Of a stretch of 64,000 nucleotides of DNA, positions 50,048 through 63,480 are shown piece after piece (position 1 is the stretch's first letter; each line of letters starts with the position of its first letter). Source of the stretch: Eledone cirrhosa. Its lineage: Eukaryota. The notes under the pieces were generated by a model that saw nothing but the letters and a program-made list of their open reading frames with translations, did not search any database and was not told the origin of the DNA. The DNA lies in contig OZ024740.1 of NCBI GenBank assembly GCA_964016885.1, positions 209,002,001 to 209,066,000 on the forward strand, given 5' to 3'. The translations under genes and the position numbers were made by a program.

Positions 50048-50820
50048 TTGTTTCTACTTTTGGCACAAGGCCAGCAAATACCCAGTACATTGCTGGTACT
50101 TTATTTTATCGAGCCCGTAAGGATGGAAGGCAAAGTTAACCTCGGCGGGATTTGAACTCAGGCCGTAAAGGGACGTAACTATGCCGGAAAGCATGGCGTC
50201 CGACTCTCTACCGATACTGCCAATAGTAGTATACAAAGTGTATTGTATTAAGTGTGGAAAGAGAAAAAGAAAGAAAAGATATAACGGAAGTATATGAATC
50301 AAATTAAGGTGGTTGAAATGTGGTTGAAAATCAGTCGAATTTGTTGAATATTTCCACTTAGCAGTTGAGTTTTGAGATGGAAGCATCCTCTAAAAATCTC
50401 GCTCTTTGAGTTCAAGTAAATATTGCTGATGACAAACCTTGTAATATCCTATAATTGTATTTTTTTAAAAACAAAAATGCAAACGAAAGCCATAGAACTT
50501 TACGGTTATCGGCCTTTGATATGGACTTTGGCAATTTCGACCCCTACTAACAGTACTGCTGGTCCATCCTGGGTCACCGCGTCTGACACAAGCCAAACTC
50601 TGTCCAGGAGAGTAAGAGCCGAGAGACAAAACATTTGGATTGGAAGTATCGTTAGAGAGTCAGACGCCATGCTTTGCAGCATATAATTACGGCCCTTTAC
50701 GGTCTGAGTTAAAATCCCGACGAGGTTAACTTTGCCTTTCGTCCATACGGTGTCAATAAAATAAAGCACCAGTAATACACTGGGATAATTGCTGGTCTTG
50801 TGCCAAAAGTAGAAACAATT
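50048..50820. mobile_element. Two SINE copies in inverted orientation (50048-50224 on -, 50636-50820 on +)
   Basis: Same family as 859-1047. Confidence 0.8.
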
Positions 50821-51413
50821 AATTTATAACAATTAAGCTATAAAAAGTAAAAGAGTAAATAGTGTTTTATGTGAGGTCAGGTAAAAGTGTGGTGTTTTTT
50901 ATAGCACGAAAGTCTCGGGGATGAAACAAAGGAAAAGAAAAGAAAAGGAAGAAGAAAAAAACAAGAAGAAAGTAAGATATGTTTAAAAAATGTAAGCAAT
51001 TTAAATTAAGGGGGAGAAAAGATAACACATTCGTCACAGATTATTAATGATGACCCAGGAAAATTATTAACAGAGGACAAGACAACGAAAGAAAATAAGG
51101 TAAAACGGAAAACAATCTTTTAAGGAGAACCTTACAAAATTGTTATTTAAGAAATAAAAATACAAACGAAAGACAGAACTCTCTCTCTATGTGTGTGTGT
51201 CCTTGCGCATGCGTGTGTGTGTGTGCATGCGTGCGTGTGTATTTGTGTGTGTGTGGGGGGGGGTATGTATATGTGTGTGTGCGCGGGGGGGGGGGTGAAT
51301 AAAAAATATGGGCGAAGACAGAAAAATGAACGGATACAGACAGTCGTCCCATCTCCCCATCTCATCAGTTGACTGCTAGTTTCGGTTTTTAAGGTCGATA
51401 CAACTGACTCTAG

Positions 51414-51643
51414 TGTTGGGCCTCATCAACATCTTTTCAGTTGCAAATCATGGGTTAGTGGCAAATTTGCTCCTATTTGTAAATAGTCGATAAGACTATC
51501 GTCATGTCATTTGTTACTGACTCTAGTGCACAAGGGACAGTAACAAATGACATGACGATAGTCTTATCGACTATTTACAAATAGGAGCAAATTTGCCACT
51601 AACCCATGATTTGCAACTGAAAAGATATTGACGAGGCTCAACA
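51414..51643. repeat. Inverted repeat, ~105-bp arms
   Basis: 51414-51519 pairs with 51538-51643. Degenerate TTGATGA...GAAA-CTAG on the - strand. Confidence 0.85.
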
Positions 51644-51859
51644 TTAATTAGCCAAGAAGAAGGAAAAGATATAGAGAATATGCAAACGTTAATAAAATTA
51701 TTGTCAGTTTGTTTGGATGTTCGGTCGTAAAAAGACATACAACGAGTAGAGAAGAAGAGAATGTAAGTAAAGAAAGATAAACAAATGTAATTTGAAAAAA
51801 AAAGAGTTCCGCTTGGCTAAAAAGATACGAATGAATAAAAAAAATATGGGCGAAGACAG

Positions 51860-51942
<83 letters not shown>

Positions 51943-51988
51943 GAAATGACAGGAGGCTGGATTTGTGTAAATCCTTAAAAGGTTTATT

Positions 51989-52046
51989 ATACTATGATCA
52001 TTTCAATGACCGGGTTCCGTATGAATCCGGTGATATCATCAGGTAT
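51989..52046 (-). ncRNA. Type I hammerhead (family C)
   Basis: ATAC-CTGATGA-TATCACCGGATTC-ATACG-GAACCCGGTCATT-GAAA-TGATCA-TA-GTAT. Confidence 0.82.
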
Positions 52047-52468
52047 TCGAAATATAATAAGTGAATGTAATAGATAAAATCCATGGGACTGAAAATCAAA
52101 GACCCGAGGGCGACCGCCATCCAGCATCTTCTACGTTGAGTACTCTCTATATTATTACATTGCGATTGACCACACGGAATTGACCAGGTCTATCCAGTGG
52201 TGAACCTCAAACCTGAATATATATATATATATATATATATATAATGAAAAATTGAACGGGAATAAAACAGAGAGGCAGTACAAACAAATGTTTATTAATT
52301 TCACGCTCTTGAGAGTGAGGTGGTGGTGGGGAACGACGTTTCGGGCATAAGCCCTTCTTCAGGTGAAAAGTGTGTGGGAAGAGAGTTCAAAGGGTGTGTA
52401 GGGGAGTGGTGGAGAGACATAGAAAAAAGGGGGTGAGAGGAAACGGTGCAAATATATATATATATACG

Positions 52469-52516
<48 letters not shown>

Positions 52517-52777
52517 CTGAATTTTTCAAATATTAATAATAATATTCGATTCGTTTGCAATTATGCAAGCAAGCCTCATTTGTAAAGCCATGTCAGTAGA
52601 ATGAGCCCCTCATTCTTGCTCTTGTGTTGGCATGTAAACAGAACGGCAGACACTAATGTTTCTGGGTATCACCCAAGAAAGAATGAGAAATAAGATAGAA
52701 TGAAGGGACAGGCGGGGTGGAATTGTGGAAAATGTCTTTAGATAAAAATAACAGGTCCATTCATGTTGACATCTCTT

Positions 52778-52813
52778 TCTTCTGATGAAGGACTAGCGTC
52801 CGGAACGTTAAGA
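52778..52813 (+). ncRNA. Minimal hammerhead with GAAA changed to GGAA
   Basis: TCTT-CTGATGA-A-GGAC-TAGC-GTCC-GGAA-CG-TT-AAGA. Confidence 0.55.
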
Positions 52814-52897
52814 CCCTCTTGCTGCTATTTCAAGCGTTAAACTAATATATTCCTTCCATATAATGTACCAATTGTGTTGTTATTTCTGTTTACCTTT

Positions 52898-52978
<81 letters not shown>

Positions 52979-53017
52979 GATATTAACAAATGGAAACTAT
53001 ATTTATAAAACCATATT

Positions 53018-53082
53018 TATTTTATTATACATATTTCAAGGACACCACGTTAAATTATGGTATGCTTTCATCAGACAAAATA
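53018..53082 (-). ncRNA. Type I hammerhead (family A) in a short fold-back copy (52977-53245)
   Basis: TATTTTGT-CTGATGA-AAGC-ATACCA..TGGTGT-CCTT-GAAA-TATGTA-TA-ATAAAATA. Confidence 0.78.
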
Positions 53083-53241
53083 CAATATATATCAGAAATA
53101 TGTATAATAAAATAAATATGGTTTTATAAATATAGTTTCCATTTGTTAATATCGTATGTTTACTCCAAATACTTGTTGAGTGCTTTATATCAGTTATAAA
53201 AATATTTGCTTGTTGTATCCCAACAATTTAAATAGAATTTT

Positions 53242-53310
<69 letters not shown>

Positions 53311-53771
53311 CTGTATATATATATATATATATTTATATATAGGAGGAACAAGATACAAGAGATAATTATTATAGTAGAAATAAATAGTAAAGGGTAAAAA
53401 AAAAACCATAATGGAGATTAAATCTCCCAAACGTTAGAGTTAATTGGTGAGGTGACAAGATTCAGATGATGGAAGATATACTGTTATGGGTGGGTGAAAA
53501 GATAAGATATATATATATATTGGCGTGTCTAAATTGTGCTGTATAGCGAAAAGGTAAATTTTTTGGCGTTGTGCCAATATAGGAAGTTTCTATCGTTACC
53601 ACCATCATCATCATCATTAACATAATCGTAGTAATCCTCGTCATCATTACCATCATGTGTGTGTGTGTGTGTGTGTCTGTCTATCTGTGTGTGTGTGTGT
53701 GTGTGTGTCTGTCTGTCTGTCTGTCTGTGCACTGTAGTACACACTTGGTATAAATATCTAAGGGTTTAGAG

Positions 53772-54060
53772 CAGTCATGGGCAACCAGCGGCCCGCGAAG
53801 CTTTCTGAATGGCTCGCCTAAGTCACGTAAGTGAAATCTTTCTGATTTTTTTACCCCAACTTTTCAGTCGTAATTTATCTTTCTATCATTTTTAAGATCA
53901 AGGAAAACAATGTGTACGAATTCTGAAAAACAAATCAAAACAACCTGAGTTATCACCCTTTTTTTAATGTGGGCACGAATGTAAATTAGCGGCTGCGGCC
54001 CGCCTGATGATGAGCCATATCTCGTGCGACCCGCTTCTCGAAAAAGGTTGCTCATGTCTG
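53772..54060. mobile_element. hAT-type MITE
   Basis: TIRs CAGTCATGGGCAAC / GTTGCTCATGTCTG, 8-bp TSD GTTTAGAG. Confidence 0.88.
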
Positions 54061-54168
54061 GTTTAGAGCACTCAGTCTGTAGGACGAGTTGTGTATAATC
54101 AGTGTGTCGCTATTGTAACTGATTATGTATATATATAATCAGTTTTCTGAGGATTTAATCAGAGGTAA

Positions 54169-54473
54169 TGTGGGTATGGTGTGGCGTGCGGTGGCCGGGG
54201 GCGGGGGAGTGCTCGACCGGAAGGGTGTGTGGCGTGCGGTGGCCGGAGGCGGGGGAGTGCTCGACCGGAAGGGCTTTTTGGCCGGAAGGATGCTCGACCG
54301 GAAGGGCCAGCAGAGGGCCTCTCTCTAGTGGTGACCAGCACACGGTGTGGACGCGAGTTTTGGGGCAGCTCCCGGTGTTAAGCAGTTGGACGCACGTGGA
54401 AGAGGAGTAACCTGCAGTGGACTTTAGCGGTGCCTGTGAAAAGCGGTAAGTGAGATAGCTTTTTCTAACTACA
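54169..54473 (+). repeat. 5' LTR
   Basis: Two substitutions seen relative to the 3' LTR, internal ~47-bp G-rich tandem. Confidence 0.95.
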
Positions 54474-54538
54474 AGCTATTTCGGCGACTGAAAAAAAAAA
54501 AACAAAAAAAAAACACTTGCCGCAAGACAAATCAGAAG

Positions 54539-55282
54539 ATGGCGACAAGACTACGGATGAACGAAGCTATCAGGGCATTCACCGGGGAAGGTGATGTCGT
54601 CGCTTGGCTGCGGAAGGTTCGGCTGGTCGCAAGTTTGCAGAAGATAGAGGACGTGGCCGGCCTCATGCCATTGTACCTCGAGGGCGACGCGCTGGTACTC
54701 TTCCTTGAGTTGGACGAGCACAGCCAAAGAGATGTGCAGAAGATTGAGAGGCGTCTGATGGATGCATTCGCCGAGGGACCGTTGGCGGCTTTTGCTAAGC
54801 TGGCGAGAATCAGGTGGAATGGTGAGCGCGTCGACATTTTCGCAGCAGAAATAAGGCGGTTGGCTACGTTGGCCGGTTACCAGGCGGAATGCGAACGCAC
54901 GGTGCGGTTGGCGTTCATCAATGGATTTCCGGACGACATAGCGGTGAAACTGCAGCAAGTCCCGGGTTATAAAGAGATGGAAATGCGTTCACTGGTGGAA
55001 CAAGCCCGGATCATAGCGGAAGATGCCAAAAAGAGTGTTGCGGCGATAGCAACTACGGCAGCGAAATGGTGAAAGGGAGGCAACCTCGGCACGCGGCGTC
55101 CGCGTGCGTTTAAGGGGCGCTGTTTTCGGTGCCAGGGCCCGCATATGGCTAGAGACTGTAGAGAGTCGAAGCCGGAGATAATTTGCTACCGGTGTAAGCG
55201 ACCAGGCCACATCGCTACTAACTGCGACCAGGGAAACGATCCAAGGGGAACTACTGCGCCGGTAGTTGCCCCTTACGAGTAG
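54539..55282 (+). pseudogene. gag: gag with an in-frame premature TGA (55070-55072) and two zinc knuckles
   Basis: The same frame continues past the TGA to CFRCQGPHMARDC and CYRCKRPGHIATNC, ending at TAG 55280-55282. Confidence 0.85.
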
Positions 55283-55288
55283 CGGCGC
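55231..55288 (+). promoter_or_regulatory. Predicted -1 programmed ribosomal frameshift signal (slippery site + pseudoknot)
   Basis: G-GGA-AAC in the gag frame, stem 55243-55254 / 55262-55274, loop GCGCCG complementary to CGGCGC at 55283-55288, pol in the -1 frame. Confidence 0.8.
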
Positions 55289-58110
55289 TGCCTGTGGTGG
55301 AAGTCTTCGTGAGGGGGAAGCCACAGCGAGCCCTCGTGGATGCGGGCTGTACGACGACACTGGTGACCGCGGGGGTGGCGCAGAGGTGGGGAGGGAAGAG
55401 CAGCGTAAGGGCAGTCGACGGCAGGAAAATTGAATGCCGAGGTCGCAGCGAGATGGAAATAGCGGTACGGGGAAGGAGGATTAGGCTCTCCGCCATCGTG
55501 GTAGACAGTGTGGTGGATGGGATCGGCGTGGTTATGGGCATGGACGCGATTGGCCGTCTAGGGGGCGTCACGGTGAACAATGTCGGTGTGTCGTTTGGCG
55601 CCGCTGCATCGGTATGCGCTGTGAGCGCACGTCATGAGAACCAGAAGGCTCACGAGGAGGAATACCCCGCTTACACTGTACAGGACAAAGACTTCAAGGC
55701 CGTGTTTGATGGGCAGCGATGGGTTGTTGAGTGGTACTGGAAGGGAGAACCACCAACACTGAAGACCAAAGTGGGCTGCTATCAACACACATTGAAGGGA
55801 AACGCTAGGAGCGAGTTCGAGCGAGAAGTAGAGAGATGGATCGAAGAGGGCATACTGCTTCCCTGGAAGGAGGAGGTGAAGTGCGGAGTATTGCCGTTGA
55901 TCGCGGTGGTGCAACCCACGAAGAGCAAGGTGAGGCCGGTACTGGACTATCGGGAGCTGAACGAGCACGTGTCATGCCACACGGGTGGCGAGGTCACGGA
56001 TGTCTGTGGGGAAACCCTGCGTGAGTGGAGACGCATGACGGGGGGTTCAGCGATCGTGGATCTAAAGTCGGCTTACTTGCAGTTGCATATAGATGAGAAG
56101 CTCTGGCGGTATCAGCTGGTCAGGTATAAGGGCCGGACATATTGCCTGACCAGGCTCGGTTTCGGGCTGAGCTCCGCACCGAAGATCATGGCGGCGGTCC
56201 TCAAGACCGCTCTGGGGAGGGCCGACAAGATAAAGAGGGCTACTAACTCCTATATTGACGACATCCTAGTGGACGAGTCGGTGGTGTCGACGGCGGAGGT
56301 CACGAGCCATTTGCGGAGGTATGGACTGACTGCGAAGCCATCAGAAGCATTGGAGGGAGGAGCCGCGCTGGGACTTAGGCTACGGCGAGACAAGACGGGC
56401 GTTTTGGTGTTCCAGAGGGGAAACGAAGTTCCGGAACTGGGCCCAAGTATGAATAGGCGGGAGCTTTTCTCGGTGTGTGGAAAGCTGGTGGGTCACTACC
56501 CGATCGCTGGGTGGCTCCGGACGGCATGCAGCTATGTCAAGAGACGAGCGGGAGGGGTGACTTGGAGTGACAGAGTGGGAGAGAGGACGGTGGCCATGAT
56601 GCAGGAGATCGTGGCGAGGGTGAAGGCCGACGACCCAGTGCGGGGACGCTGGTACGTTCCCAAATCACAGAGCGGGACCGTATGGTGCGATGCCAGCAGC
56701 ATAGCGCTGGGTGTCACGTTGGAGATAGGAGGTGTTGAGGTCGAGGATGCAGCCTGGCTTAGAAAGAAGGACGACTGCAGCCACATCAATGTGGCCGAGC
56801 TGGACGCGGTGTTGAGAGGGGTGAACCTCGCCCTGCGGTGGGGGCTGCGCACCATCGAGATACGCACCGACTCGGCTACTGTACTCGGATGGGTAAGATC
56901 AGTGCTCACCAGTGAGAAGAGAGTGCGAACGAGAGGCGCGGCGGAGATGCTGATAAAGCGCCGCCTGGGAACGTTAGGAGAGCTGGCCACCGAGTTCGAC
57001 CTGAAGCTGAGCGTAGTGTTCGTGCCCTCAGAGAAAAATAGGGCGGACATCTTAACTAGAGTGAAGAAAGCCTGGATGGAAGCGCCGGAGGAGGTAGAGG
57101 AAGAGATAGCTGCCGTGTGTCGGCTGACCGAGTTAGACCTGAAGGGGTTGCATGACATGCACCACATGGGGGGGGGGGGGATAGGAGCCTGTTCCTAGCC
57201 AGGAGAATCGACTCGGACGTTAGCAGACACAGTGTTCGGGGGGTGGTTAGAGGCTGCGTCCGATGTCAGTCCATTGATCCCGCCCCGGGTGTACACGAAA
57301 CGGGAAGCCTCCCGGTGGATCGCGACTGGAAGCGATTAGCGGTGGATGTGACGCACTACCGGCAGGGAACGTACCTCTCGATGGTCGACTGCGGACCAGG
57401 TCGAATGGCGATATGGAGGGAGATGAAGACTGGAACGGCCGAGGAAATCGTGCGGACGTTGAGAGAGGTGTTCTTGGAGCGGGGCCCTGTGGACGAACTG
57501 CTGATGGACAACAGCGCAGCGTTCCACTCGGAGGCACTGAGGGAGATGCTCGATGGATGGAAGGTGGACCGTTTCTTCAGAGCGGCGCACAGGCCGAGCG
57601 GGAATGGAATCGTGGAGCGACACCACCGGACGATCAAGGCAATGGCGGAGCGGGGCCATATCTCACCAATGGAGGCAGTGTTCTGGTACAATATGTCCTC
57701 TCGGGTTGGACAGGTCGAGGAATCGGTGCCACACAGAGCAGTATTCAAATACGAGTGGCGGCACCCGTGCACGCCACCACAGCGGCCAGTGGGGAGAGAG
57801 TGCATTCGTGCAGGTGGGCGAAGAAGTCTGGGTTAAGCCCCCAGATGCACGTTGCACATCTCAATGGGGAAGGGGAACGGTGACGGCCGTAAATTCAAAG
57901 AACAATGTGTCCGTGGACGGGGTACCACGTCCTGTCCTGGATGTAAGAAGAATCACCGTGTCGACGGACTCCGAGGAAGAGGAAACCCAAGATGAGGTGG
58001 AAACCCAGAGCCCTGTCCCAATGCTACGAAGATCGCAACGGAGTCGTAGACCACCGACCTGGACAGCAGACTTTCATATGCAGAGGGACGAGGGGGAAAT
58101 TGATCCTTGA
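55237..58110 (+). pseudogene. pol: pol (protease, RT, RNase H, integrase) with two frameshifts
   Basis: LVDAG, VLDYRELN, DLKSAY, YIDD, CDAS/AELDA/TDS/RAD, HH-CC and DDE motifs. Shifts at the G-run 57168-57180 and near 57790. Confidence 0.9.
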
Positions 58111-58123
58111 GATCAGGGGGGCG

Positions 58124-58428
58124 TGTGGGTATGGTGTGGCGTGCGGTGGCCGGGGGCGGGGGAGTGCTCGACCGGAAGGGTGTGTGGCGTGCGGTGGCCG
58201 GAGGCGGGGGAGTGCTCGACCGGAAGGGCTTTTTGGCCGGAAGGATGCTCGACCGGAAGGGCCAGCAGAGGGCCTCTCTCTAGTGGTGACCAGCACACGG
58301 TGTGGACGCGAGTTTTTGGGCAGCTCCCGGTGTTAAGCAGTTGGACGCACGTGGAAGAGGAGTAACCTGCAGTGGACTTTAGCGGCGCCTGTGAAAAGCG
58401 GTAAGTGAGATAGCTTTTTCTAACTACA
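58124..58428 (+). repeat. 3' LTR
   Basis: Direct repeat of 54169-54473. Confidence 0.95.
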
Positions 58429-58569
58429 GTAAACACTGTATTTAAGGTCGAGTGACGCAACTTCGAGTGATTAGCGGCCTTTAGACTCACCTGATCAATG
58501 AAACAATTGTTAATACTTGAAATAAAGCTCCTTGTTGTACAGCCGACCACCATGTTATTCTTCATTCTT

Positions 58570-58613
<44 letters not shown>

Positions 58614-58615
<2 letters not shown>

Positions 58616-58788
58616 TAAGTTATTCCGGGTTGAATCGGAGGTAACCACAGTAAGTAAGGTACTCAATACATAGCAGAGTATAAAAGTTTTAATATAGATG
58701 AGATTCTACAGGACTAGAACTGTTTCATTCTTTAGAAATCATCAGATGATTTCTAAAGAATAAACAGTTCTAGTTCTGTAGAATCTCA

Positions 58789-58792
<4 letters not shown>
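58614..58792 (-). mobile_element. Short fold-back family D element
   Basis: Homologous to 30540-30670 and 40990-41120, inverted arms around 58745, in (TA)n. Confidence 0.75.
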
Positions 58793-58822
<30 letters not shown>

Positions 58823-59499
58823 TGTATAAATGTATATATGTATATATGTATGTATGTGTGTATGTATGAATGTATGAATGTATGAAAAGCTTCAAGTACA
58901 GGCGTCGCTTGATATGTGACATTTTTTGCGATGCATCGTATTGCTGGCCATAGGCAAGTCCCTAGCAGGAATAAAAAGCCAGGTCCGTGATGTTCATGCT
59001 TAAGTATCAAATGATGGCATTATTCGAAATCGAGTTGCTGCCATCATCATGTATGTATGTATGTATGTATGTATGTATGTATGTATGTATGTATGTATGT
59101 ATGTATGTATGTATGTATGTATGTATGTATGTATGTATGGATGGATGGATGGATGGATGGATGTATATATGGATGGATGTATGAATGTATTTATGTATGT
59201 ATGTAAGTATGTAAGTATGTATGTATGTATGTATGTATGTATGTATGTTTGTATGTATGTATGTGTGTATGTTCTTCTGGTTTTATAATTTCACAAAGTT
59301 TTACCAATAGAGAGAGAGTCGGTTTCTAACATAGACACAAGACTCTCTCATTGGAATTTACACACCATCAACTATGTAGATATGTATGTATGCATGTGTA
59401 GATATGGATGTTATTGTATATGTGGATGTGGATGTTTTGAGTTGTATGTGTGCATGTGTATATGCTTTGTATCTGTACATGTGTATATGCAGTTATTAG

Positions 59500-60068
59500 A
59501 TGCAAAATTTGTGGTATGTTTTACATATTTTTACTGTTCCATTAATGGATTGTACTTGTAATTTCCTAACTAGTTGTGTTCTGAAATTCCTGTGAAGCCT
59601 AGCTTCTCAAGATTTGTATTGAAGCAGTTACTAACATATCCCAGTGCCCCAATAATCACAGGCATAAATCTGGAGGTGTAATCAGGGTGGAGTATCTGCA
59701 GATTTCTCATCAGTTCTGCATAAATATTCTCCTTTTCACTAATCTTTGATATTATATTGGTATCTGCTGGGCAGCTAATTTCCACTACTGTGCATGTTTT
59801 CTTCTCCCTGTCCCATATCATAATATCTGGTCTGTTATGCCTGCATTTTATTGGGGTTTTTACTGGAACATTCCACCAGTACTCTTTCCTATTATGTATA
59901 TGGATGTCTTCCACATTGTTGTAGCTTTTAATGTGTTTATTATCGGGGCTATCTTTTTTACGAACTGCATTGTCAGTGTTTTGGCCACTACATCATGCCT
60001 CATCTTTGGACAGCTGCTGATGACATGGGTGATATCCTCGATGTTAGTTCTGCAGAGTCTGCATTTGT
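59500..60068 (-). mobile_element. RLE-type (R4/Dong- or NeSL-like) non-LTR retrotransposon 3' fragment
   Basis: CRLC...THVISSCP, RHD, NRPDIMIWD...EISCP, VIIGALG. Lies within (TATG)n. Confidence 0.8.
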
Positions 60069-62065
60069 TGTATGTATATATGTATGCATGCCTGTATGTA
60101 TGTATTTATGTCTGTATGTGTGATTGTATGTATGTATGTATGTATGTATGTATGTATGTATGAATACATGCATGTATATATGTGTGTATGTATGTATGAG
60201 TGCATGTATGTAAGAAAACTATATGGAAGCTTTACTGATTGCAAAATACAAACCCAAATCTAAAACACTGAAACAACACACGTGGAATTAATTATGAATG
60301 CTTAGATAGCTTACCCGTTGAATAATTTTGAAATCAGGTGTTGCAGATTTTATCAGTTTTCCTATGATCCTTTATGACCTACTGCAAAGCGAGTACGCAA
60401 CAGTCATTTCCTTCTGGCGGTGATGCTGAGAGGATTTTGAAATGTTAAAATGATCTAATGGCTTTAGGAAGACTTTTATTCCAAACTAAACATAAAGGAC
60501 TAACAAAGAAATATGAAAAATCCTTAATAATGGTACAGCGCGCTCCATCGAAAACTGGATTAGTCCCTCTTTTATTTTCCACGGAAAAAGAGATTTTAAT
60601 CTCGAAATATCAGGACATTAAAAAAAAAAAGATTTAACTGATATAATTAGGTGTCCAATATAATGTTAGAAAATGCCTAATTCATCTCTTCTCAGCTTTT
60701 TGGATTGTCATCGTTTGTTTATTCAAATAACAAAAAGGTCTCATTTGTGTCTTCCAAAATGAAACAATTAAATGACCATGGTATTTCTGTAAATCTATAA
60801 GGCGTACAGCCCCATATACTCCCTTAGGGAACACATATGGTGAAAGATATAATGGAATTATCTGGAACTATATAAAGTTACCACTTAAAAGTAAAAAAAA
60901 AAAATTATTAGCATTTCACGATAGGAGACAATGTTGCTAGATGTTATATACCAAAGAGACACATCGCGAAAGGGTTTTCTCATTTTCTAGAAATACTACC
61001 CAATCAGTACTCCAACTTTGATCTTCTGAACTTAGTTCGGTTTATCTGTGACGTCATGTACGTGATTCAAAATTTCGAAGCATTGCTGCAACACAAAACT
61101 TCCTGAGGCTAATCCACATTTCGCTCAGTTTCGGTTTTATAAAAAGCAATGAAAGACAGTTTCTATAAAATATCTAACTCTCAGTGAATGCAATGGACAT
61201 CAGACTATGCTTGGTCCTCGCGGTGTGTGGCCACCATCTCGAACTGAAGCAATAGACAGGTCAGCCATGATTAAAAAAAAATTGAAAATAGATGGAACCT
61301 TCTTTATTCCAGTTGATACATCTACGTCCAGGGCCCGCCAAACAAGTTTTACAAGACGGAACAAAGTTGCTATTATCATTGCCCTTCCTCATCTGCCGAA
61401 AAGATCCTCTCAGAAGTGAAAGGAGCTGAATGTTGTTGTTTTTTTTTTGTTATTTTTTAGGGGAAAAGGTGTTGGGTATTCTCAGACTCCTTCTTGGTTC
61501 TCTGGAATCTGGACCACACACTTTGTGGAAAATCCCGAATGTGTTCTACTTCGTAAATCAAACAGAATTTGTAAACTTGTTGAAGGGTTAATTCGTAAAT
61601 TCCACTTTTAATTTATTATAAATTCTTTATTTGTTAGATAATTTTCACTTAAAAGTCTGAAAACCAATTTGAACTTGAATTAAAATAAAAATTGTTCTGT
61701 AATTGTTTACAAAAAACAAAAACAAATTGGTTTGATATCTTAATACACTTGATAATAACGATAAAGAATGTGTTTGTATTAATATACATACATTGGTAGT
61801 AACAGCATATAAAATATAGGTGCGGTATGATAAATCTGAAAATAATTGTCTAACCTTGTCTTATCGTAACCCGCCAGCAATTATTGCTGACAATATTTGT
61901 CTCATTTAAACTGATTAAAGGTTGACATATGGAACTGTCTTTATCACAACAATTACAATACAAACTAAAAAGAACAGTTTAAACACAGCATCAAAGGTTC
62001 TAATCCTTTCAATTACTATGAGGGAGAGAAAGAGATGGGGAAGAAAGAGATGGGGGAGAAAAAAA

Positions 62066-62122
<57 letters not shown>

Positions 62123-62296
62123 TATCTACGTTTACTGAAATGATTTCGACACACCTTTGTTACGAATAATGAGTGAAGGATGGGTGGGTAGAAGTAAAAC
62201 TAAGGTGTACCGCTGATTTTTTTTTTATGGATGTAACAAATTTTCTCCAAATAATTTCAAGAATTTGAACAAAATATAGATGCTGGAAAACGTACA

Positions 62297-63480
62297 TTAT
62301 CCTAAATTATATTTTTTCTCGATTTTAGACCTGCAGATGTTTTCATACCACTTTCTAATGTGTAGCATTTTTACAAAATCATTTTCTGTTGATATAATTG
62401 CCAAATAATTTAATCTGTCTTGTGACACGGACGACCGTAAATGTCTTAAAAAGCTTCTCTCTCCTGCAGACACAATTATAAATATTATTCTTGATGCAAC
62501 CCACAGATTTAGCACGACATCCTGTAGCTTATTTCTCTTGGTGAATCTAATGGCTTCTGTCGGAAGCTTTACATCTCCAGGAAACAATTCTTTTGTAATA
62601 TCTCGTTCGGTTAAGAGATCACATTTATTCATATCACTATTTTCTTGTTACCATAGCTTATCTTCCAAACCTTCACATACTTAAATCTTTATTTATATCT
62701 AGCAACTATTTTATGGTATTTAAAAAAATTCAATGTGTTATTGAAATTTTATAACTGTTCAAATGTTTCTGCTAAAGAATTAATAGCTCTATCAGTATTG
62801 CATTGAACACATAATTATTTAAATCATCTTTCTGGAAATGCTGTCATATACAAGCTGTCTTTTGTTTTCAACGTATCTTTCTACATTAAAAAATAGGCTC
62901 TACATCAAATTATGTAGGTCATTCTTTTACCGAAGCCAATACTATTTCATATCCATTTGCACGATAATTAATTAAGTAATTAGTAACAGTATTCATTAAT
63001 GACGCTACGGTGTATAGTTCTACAAAGGTACATTGCATAGTTTATCCTAAGGCATCATACCAGACATCCATCATCTCTAGAAAAGTGTAATGTTCTATTT
63101 TTGATACAAAGATTCTGTTTCATGTTACACTGCATGATCAGAAGTAAGCATTTCTGAAAGTTCACATAGAGCTTCTCGAATCCTATAATTTCATATTTAA
63201 TGGTTTTGACAAACTCTAATTGGCACTCCCATTTAGACTCACATAAAGATTTAGTATTGAGGAAATTATTATATTTTTTTCTTCTTCAGTAAATACGATC
63301 GAACAGGATAGACAGAAAACATATGAATGCTGGACAATAGTAAAAAAAATGAAGTGGATATTTGATAACTTGTGCTAACACCAACCATTAAGTTCAGATT
63401 ATGGCACCCAACTTGTATATAAAACACCCGTAGATTTTCCTTCGTTGTCCGCTACTGAAAATCTTCATTTTTCCCCCTGT
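62297..63480 (-). mobile_element. Old hAT (ZMYM1-like) transposase remnant
   Basis: SAGERSF...SQDRLNYLAIISTE dimerisation motif, with further degraded motifs upstream (GCHNLNL). Confidence 0.6.

Larger units (their letters stand above)
54169..58428 (+). mobile_element. Ty3/Gypsy LTR retrotransposon, full length and recent
   Basis: 305-bp TG...CA LTRs (54169-54473, 58124-58428), 4-bp TSD GTAA, polypurine tract before the 3' LTR, domain order gag-PR-RT-RH-IN. Confidence 0.95.

Noticed and set aside
54004-54045. CTGATGA...GAAA inside the hAT MITE
   Set aside because: Stems I and III do not close, so probably a chance match
55070-55072. Programmed stop read-through or selenocysteine in gag
   Set aside because: A CGA-to-TGA mutation is simpler, and no read-through or SECIS signal is evident
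54551-57857. Long antisense ORFs over the LTR element
   Set aside because: Shadow ORFs of GC-rich gag/pol
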